This document shows positions 57,181 to 64,000 of a stretch of DNA of 64,000 nt, piece after piece. Source of the DNA: Eledone cirrhosa (lineage: Eukaryota). The DNA is taken from NCBI GenBank assembly GCA_964016885.1, contig OZ024741.1, forward strand, positions 150,970,001 to 151,034,000. The letters are read 5' to 3'. A program made the translations under genes and the position numbers. Under the pieces are notes generated by a model that was not told the DNA's origin, did no database searches, and was given only the letters and a program-made list of their open reading frames with translations. Within the stretch, counting starts at the first letter, position 1, and every line of letters begins with the position of its first letter.

Positions 57181-58267
57181 CATCCCTCTCTTTCTCTCTC
57201 TCCTTCTCTTTTACTTACATTCTTTCCCTTTGCTATTTTCTACTTTTCAATCTCTACTCTGTTCTAAGCCGTATGATTCTGCACCCAGCTGCCCATTGAA
57301 CAGAAAGTGAAAGGTCAAAATATGTCATCATCCACTGCAAATCTTTTCCTTATGAGGCATTCTCTTTCAATAACATGTTACGTTTGTTACCAAATACTGC
57401 ACATACATACATAAATAATACTTATATGCATACTTACATAATATATGGATACATACATATGTACATAAACAATACAGACATACACAAATAAATATATACA
57501 TACATACATGCGTACATACATTCACATAACAACAACACAATATACCTCCAAATACAAAAATATAAACAGAAAATTGATACATATGTGGTCCGTCAATCGA
57601 TGCGACAGACGGCTCCCGTATGCTACACACGCGAATGATTTTCAGAGTGTATGACTAACTGTGATTGATAGCGTCCAATATCGTCCACTGCAGGAATATA
57701 GTCGAGTACCCCCTGCTTCCTTGGTCACACCTACAAATCCAAAATGCATAACATTTGAGTGTGTAGCATACGGGAGCCGTCTGTCGTAGAGTTCGCATCG
57801 ATTGGTGGACTATCTGCATATCAATTCTCTGTTTATATTTTTCCGTAATCCAGAAGTTGATACTAAATCTTTATTGTTTTTTTACACCTGACAACGTCGC
57901 CGGATGTATTGCGTCACGATACGATGATGTAAGCCGCCGGCAATAGAAATACGTATCGTGTCTTTGCGAAACATTAAAGTAATATATTGGCATTCGGCCT
58001 TCTTTTTCCATTCCTGCACCAACCACAATATATCAAATCTATGATTGATATTACGCATAAGGTTGAGTACTTTTGCTTGTTGCATTACGGTATGTCAATG
58101 GGAATGAGAAGTTCTACCCTTTAGTTAAACCAGTCAACATAAACGATATATATATATATATATATATACACAATGATATTAAATAAATGGAAACTATATT
58201 TAGAAAAACTTGAACAGTTAAGGTATCTTTTCTTGGTTATGTCAACATTTATAAAACAAACTTTGTA

Positions 58268-58324
58268 TTTTATCTGATGAGAGCGTACCAAAATTTTGGT
58301 ACCCTTGAAATATATATAATAGAA
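58268..58324 (+). ncRNA. Hammerhead motif with (AT)n stem III
   Basis: TTTTAT-CTGATGA-GAGCGTACC..GGTACCCTT-GAAATATATATA-ATAGAA. Confidence 0.65.
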
Positions 58325-59155
58325 TAAATATGATTTTATAAATATAGTTTCCATTTATTTAATATCATTGAAAATTATACTCCAGAAAACTTGTCGAGTG
58401 CTCTGAATCAGTTATAAACATTTATATTTGTTGAATTACCAACAAATTGAATATCCCTTTTGCTTATATATATATATATATATATGCGCAAAAGTCAGAA
58501 AGATGGGGAGTGAGTGGGGGAGAAGAGCGAGAGAGAGAGAAAGGGGGAGGAGAGAGAGGGAATCATCTGGGAAGAGAAGGAAAAGAAAGACTAATGAGAA
58601 AAAAAGGAAAGCTGAATAAAGGAAAGAAAAAATTAAACGTGTAGTTACGTATCAGCCATCTATGAAATGATATATACATGTTCATATATATATACTGAAA
58701 CGGCTACAAGTTCATTCGACATATCTATTGGGTTGTTTGTCAGAGCTATGGGATGTTGTTCGTTCATGTATCTTAAATAAACTTAATAGAGTATTCAAGG
58801 TAACAAGATATTTACTTATATTTACATGAATGTTTGGGTTTATAAATTAAATACAATTTGAAAACATCTTACTGGCATCTTTAAAAATTTCAATAGAAAT
58901 GGTATAAAGCTCAGTTATGCTTGCACTACGAAAATGAAACATCTTAATATCATGTTGACCAACTAGATTAACTAAGGTTAAGTAAGAAACACATAGACTT
59001 TCAATTCTTTATGTATTTTTATATATGAAGAGCATACGTGATCACAGACGTCTGTAAATATGACTGTCATAAACACCTTGTGTCCGGAGATTTAGTGTCT
59101 TGTATAAATTATTGATTCAGTATTTGGCTTGACAAGTGTCTCTCCATATTGGGTG

Positions 59156-59212
<57 letters not shown>

Positions 59213-59234
59213 CATATATATATATACATACACG

Positions 59235-59275
<41 letters not shown>

Positions 59276-59353
59276 ACACAGACACACACACACACACAAG
59301 CACACACAAAAGCACACACACACACACACACACACACACAAGCACACACAAAA

Positions 59354-59387
<34 letters not shown>

Positions 59388-59586
59388 TTACAAGAAAGTA
59401 ACCAGAAAAAACAATTATCTACATCCACCAAGTCAGATCAGATATATACATACATATATAAATGTATATACATATAAACACCCATATGCACATATATAAA
59501 TATATATATGCTCATACATTCACACACACACACACATGCATACATTCACACACACACACGCAGACATTCACACATACACACACACG

Positions 59587-59619
<33 letters not shown>

Positions 59620-59768
59620 TCATATAAGATTAAAAAAGACGAACACAGATATACGATTACACGAAGTCTTATTAGTTTCACGCTTGTTGGAAAAAGAAAA
59701 GGAAAGTATCAGCTTCATTATCAGGAAATGATAATGGAGCTGATAGAGTGATACTTTCCTTTTCTTTT

Positions 59769-59904
<136 letters not shown>

Positions 59905-60045
59905 CAACAGTTACAGCTGGCATGCCGTTCGAATCATTTGATGCTGCTACTATATATATATATATATATATATAAAAACAAATAACGAAACGAAATTAAA
60001 TTTCGTTTCGTTTGTAACTCACTTTTGTATGACTGACGCTTAAAC

Positions 60046-60684
60046 AATTAAGTTAAAAATGTACATCCACATATGTATACTGAAATACTAGTATGCATAT
60101 GAATACACACACGTATACATATGTAGATGTACCGAGTTTTTCACTGGTCACTTTACTGTGAGTGTCCAGCTATTCTGTATGTAAACACACAGACAAACCG
60201 GTTTTTAGAGTCATACTGGTTTTTGAGGAAACACCTTTCCTCTATTCTCCAGAAAGCCAGACAAGAAATATTGAACTAGTTTCGTTATTTGTTTTTATCG
60301 TCTCCGTTGAACCGGTACGTACTCTCGCTCTATGCAAATTAGTCTGCCCACTACTAATTTTCATAGAAAAAGCATATAACGATATGTGCTTTTACGATTC
60401 TCTAGAAAGGCCGGAAGATAGGTAAATATTGCTGATGAGATGTAACAACATCGAAACTAGTTCAATATTCCTTGTCTGGCTTTCTGGAGAATAGAGGAAA
60501 GGTGTTTCCTAAAAAACCAGTATGACTCTAAAAACCGGTTTGTCTGTGTGTTTACATACAGAATAGCTGGACACTCACAGTAAAGTGACCAGTGAAAAAC
60601 TCGGTACATCTACATATGTATACGTGTGTGTATTCATATGCATACTAGTATTTCAGTATACATATGTTGATGTACATTTTAAAC

Positions 60685-60690
<6 letters not shown>
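60046..60690. repeat. Fold-back element with 239-bp inverted arms
   Basis: 60046-60284 is the near-perfect reverse complement of 60452-60690. The HHR overlaps the inner end of the right arm. Confidence 0.9.
60425..60469 (+). ncRNA. Minimal type I hammerhead ribozyme, intact core
   Basis: Stem I AATATTG/CAATATT, core CTGATGA, stem II GATGT-AACA-ACATC, GAAAC-TA-GTT (palindromic AACTAGTT, GUU site). Confidence 0.85.
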
Positions 60691-60775
<85 letters not shown>

Positions 60776-61094
60776 TGAGATTATACAGGACTAGAACTGT
60801 TTCATTCTTTAGAAATCATCATTTTATTTGTGGTTCACTAATGGATAGAACTGGCCATTCCTTTTAGTAAACCATGACGTAATAGTAGGAACATCAATCT
60901 ACGTTATGCAACTCATCCCTCGTTGATGTTTAATCCCGTGGCTGGGGCAGGAACGGACCTAAATATTTATCTGATTAAAACAGGAAGCCCGACTGATGAT
61001 ATCCTTTTAAAGTTTTATTTGCAATAATAAAACTTTAAAAGGATATCCCCAGTCGGGCCTACTGTTTTTTTTTGTCAAATAAATAAATAAATAG

Positions 61095-61127
<33 letters not shown>

Positions 61128-61453
61128 TGTATGTATGTATGTATGTATGTATGTATGTATGTATGTATGTATGTATGTATGTATGTATGTATATATGGAA
61201 AAGAATGAAATGAAGTTTCATTTCTCACTCTTAGTACGGCTAATACTTAAATATAAGTATGTATACGTACATACATATATGTATACAGACGTACAGTAGT
61301 ATGTATATATATACATACATGCACACACATATATATATATATGTACGTATGGGTTTACCGAACACATACGTACATATATAAATGTGTGAATGTATGTATA
61401 TATATACATACTACTGTAGTCTGTATACATATATGTAGGTATGTATACTTACT

Positions 61454-61569
<116 letters not shown>

Positions 61570-61628
61570 TAAGTATACGTACCTACATATATGTATACAG
61601 ACGTACAGTAGTATGTATATACATACAT

Positions 61629-61698
<70 letters not shown>

Positions 61699-61857
61699 AT
61701 ACTTTGGGAGGGTCATGTTGCCAATAAGAAACACACGCACCAGTTGCTTTCACTTCAATTTATTATATATTTTTAAATTTATAAATTTACAAATCTACAA
61801 ACTTATAAATTTCTGGTTGGTTGGTTGGTTCCACAACCAGATAGTTGTTTATATATA

Positions 61858-61900
61858 GTCATAGTCCTTTCGTCACACACTCTGTGACCTCTTCAGTGAC
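61858..61900 (-). ncRNA. Minimal hammerhead ribozyme
   Basis: GTCA-CTGAAGA-G-GTCACA-GAGTG-TGTGAC-GAAAG-GA-CTA-TGAC. Stem I GTCA/TGAC, G-C covariant in stem III, CUA site. Confidence 0.8.
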
Positions 61901-62417
61901 TGGGGATTCCTTAAATTGAAATGAAAGCAACTGGTGCGTGTGTTTCTTATTGGCAACATGACCCTCCCAAAGTATAACAATATCGGTTTCAACACACGAT
62001 TTCAGATAAAGAATCTTGCTAAACAAATTCAGAAACGAAATATATATATATATATATATATATAGGAAAAATTATAAACTCGACGGCAGACCTCAAGCCG
62101 TTTCGACGGCTATTTCTGGACTAAAAAACACATTTTTTTTTCAGTCCGGAAATAGCCGTCGAAACAGCTTGAGCTCTGCCGTCGGGTTTAAGCTTTTTCC
62201 TATTACCCAATCTACTTCCCTAAGCATTGAGTACTCTGGTGCGTTATGGTCCATCTGGTTCCTTACCACACTTCCTTCGTTATATATATATATATAGGTT
62301 TATCCCGGGTTCAATCGGGGGTAACCACAGTAAGTAAGGTACTCAATACATAGCAGAGTATAAATATTTAATGACTTCTACAGGACTAGAACTGTTTTAT
62401 TCTGGAGAATCCATCAG

Positions 62418-62468
62418 GGCTTCCTGATGATTTCTCCTGAATGAAACAGTTCTAGTCCCGTAGAAGCC
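62418..62468 (+). ncRNA. Hammerhead motif, family B (relatives at about 56538-56588, 26993-27091, 33705-33790, 60784-60820)
   Basis: Stem I GGCTTC/GAAGCC, CTGATGA, short stem II TTC/GAA, GAAA-CAG..C(T/C)G-TA (GUA site). Confidence 0.65.
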
Positions 62469-62484
62469 ATTTCTATATTAAATA

Positions 62485-62931
62485 TACTAGCAGAAAAACC
62501 ACCCTTCAGGTGCATGTAGATATGATACATCAAATGAAATCGTAATTGACAATATACACAGAAATTGAACGAAGTCTATGTTACACTGTCTTATGTAATC
62601 ATTAAAGTAATCTATGATACATTTAAAAAAAGCCGATATTATATATAAACTGCATTAGGAGAAAATTAGCGACGGAAATATACGCGATATTTTTATAAGT
62701 GTTGTAATATAACGGCCGCTAACCGAAAGTATTGACATTTGAAAATGTTAAAGAAGTGAATCTTTAAATAGGCTATAAAATATATTTAATCAACAGCCAC
62801 GAAATTTAGCACATAAATTATGTAATATTCATTCATTATTTATTCAAAGTAATCCAACTCATTTTACAAACGGAGTAAAAATATATATTCTGGACGCAGT
62901 CCCGCACTCCTTTCTTTATTATAGTTAAGAT
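62485..62931. mobile_element. Possible non-autonomous Helitron/DINE-like element; partial second copy at about 23890-24005
   Basis: Ends TACTAGC... and ...TTTATTATAGTTAAGAT. 62815-62926 matches 23893-24004. Class assignment is from recalled end motifs only. Confidence 0.4.
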
Positions 62932-63269
62932 ATACATATATGTGTGTGTATGTGTGTGTGTATGTGTGTGTATGTATATGTGTGTGTGTGTGTACGCATA
63001 TGTGTGTGTATATACATTTATATGTGTGTATGTGTATATACGTATGTATGTATGTGCGTAGAAAAGCAGGGCAACCCGGAGGAGAATATGAAAGCTAATG
63101 GACCTCTCTGTTAAATATAAATTCAGAAAAGTCCTATGCGATGATTGACAAAAGGGATGAGTTATGTACTTATCGCATTGAAGGCAATTGAAAGTTTCTA
63201 CGTGACAACTTACTACAGACTGTTGATGAGATTTGCAGCTGGAGCAAAGCACCATCCAAACTTAGGAGA

Positions 63270-63812
63270 ACATGATAGTGGAGATAGGCATGGAAAAACT
63301 GGCAAAACGGGCGAGAGGCAGTAAAGATCAGTACTGGGTAGCTAAAAGAGATGCCAGACGACATGTGTTCTTAGCGCGTAAAGAAGCTGAAAGCATGTGG
63401 TTTGACAACACCTAGAGAGGATGTGAGACGTGAGGTGTTTTATATCTCAAAGTAGTGTGTCAGAGAAATTCAGGATGTTGTTGGGGAACAATATGGCCGA
63501 AATGACACCTTGCACTTAAAGTCACAAATGCTCACATGAAAGCGGTATGAAAATGCTTTTATAAAGGGTTGATGTATATGAAAAACGAGTGAGGGAATGA
63601 GAGACTAACCCCATCTGGCTCAACAAAGAGACCAACGATCGAAAGAGTGGCTAAGAAGAAGTCAAAGAGATGGAAAGTGGTAAAGTTTCTGGTCCACCAA
63701 ATGCTGAAACCAGGAGAAGTAGGACCGGAATTCATCACCCGCATAGTCAATCAACTAACATATGATTGGGTCGCCCCATGACTGGTGTAGCAGTACACTC
63801 ATTAATTGTTAA
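63270..63812 (+). mobile_element. Degenerate RTE-like LINE fragment (region upstream of RT core)
   Basis: AWKNWQNG..AKRDARRHVFLARKEAE and PHDWCSSTLINC, with many disruptions. Confidence 0.55.
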
Positions 63813-64000
63813 CCCCAACACTTATTCACAAATATGTAGATGTAGATGTCTTTTTAATAACTTATAACAACAACAACAACAACAACAGCAATAACCTGAG
63901 CAGGAAAATCAAACAAACATAGAAAGTGACAAACATACGCTCATACACCTCTACACAAACACACACATATATAACCACACAAAAGCTCACGCGCGCACAC

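Noticed and set aside
60978-61066. CTGATGA inside an inverted repeat as a hammerhead
   Set aside because: The opposite arm reads CTGGGGA and there is no GAAA..NUH; kept only as a small fold-back.

Overview
AT-rich, microsatellite-dense eukaryotic DNA, probably from an octopus (inferred from SINE types, (TA)n density and a mollusc-like receptor). It holds one clear host gene: a beta-adrenergic-like octopamine receptor with an uninterrupted CDS (40057-41181, minus). The rest is mostly retroelements: six Penelope-like element (PLE) remnants with GIY-YIG motifs, a full-length degenerate Vingi/Ingi-like LINE with a 7-bp TSD and a possible 5' HDV-like ribozyme, Tx1/L1 and RTE fragments, and many tRNA-derived SINEs. 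The main unexplained signal is more than 20 short fold-back (inverted-duplicated) inserts, mostly within (TA)n tracts, from many unrelated families. They carry about 20 intact or degenerate minimal hammerhead ribozyme (HHR) motifs, including recurrent U3-A8 and C4 core variants. Two related families also share an E2F/E-box/CCAAT/TATA module upstream of the ribozyme. All calls were made by eye and repeat boundaries are approximate. Almost all short ORFs in the track are microsatellite artefacts.
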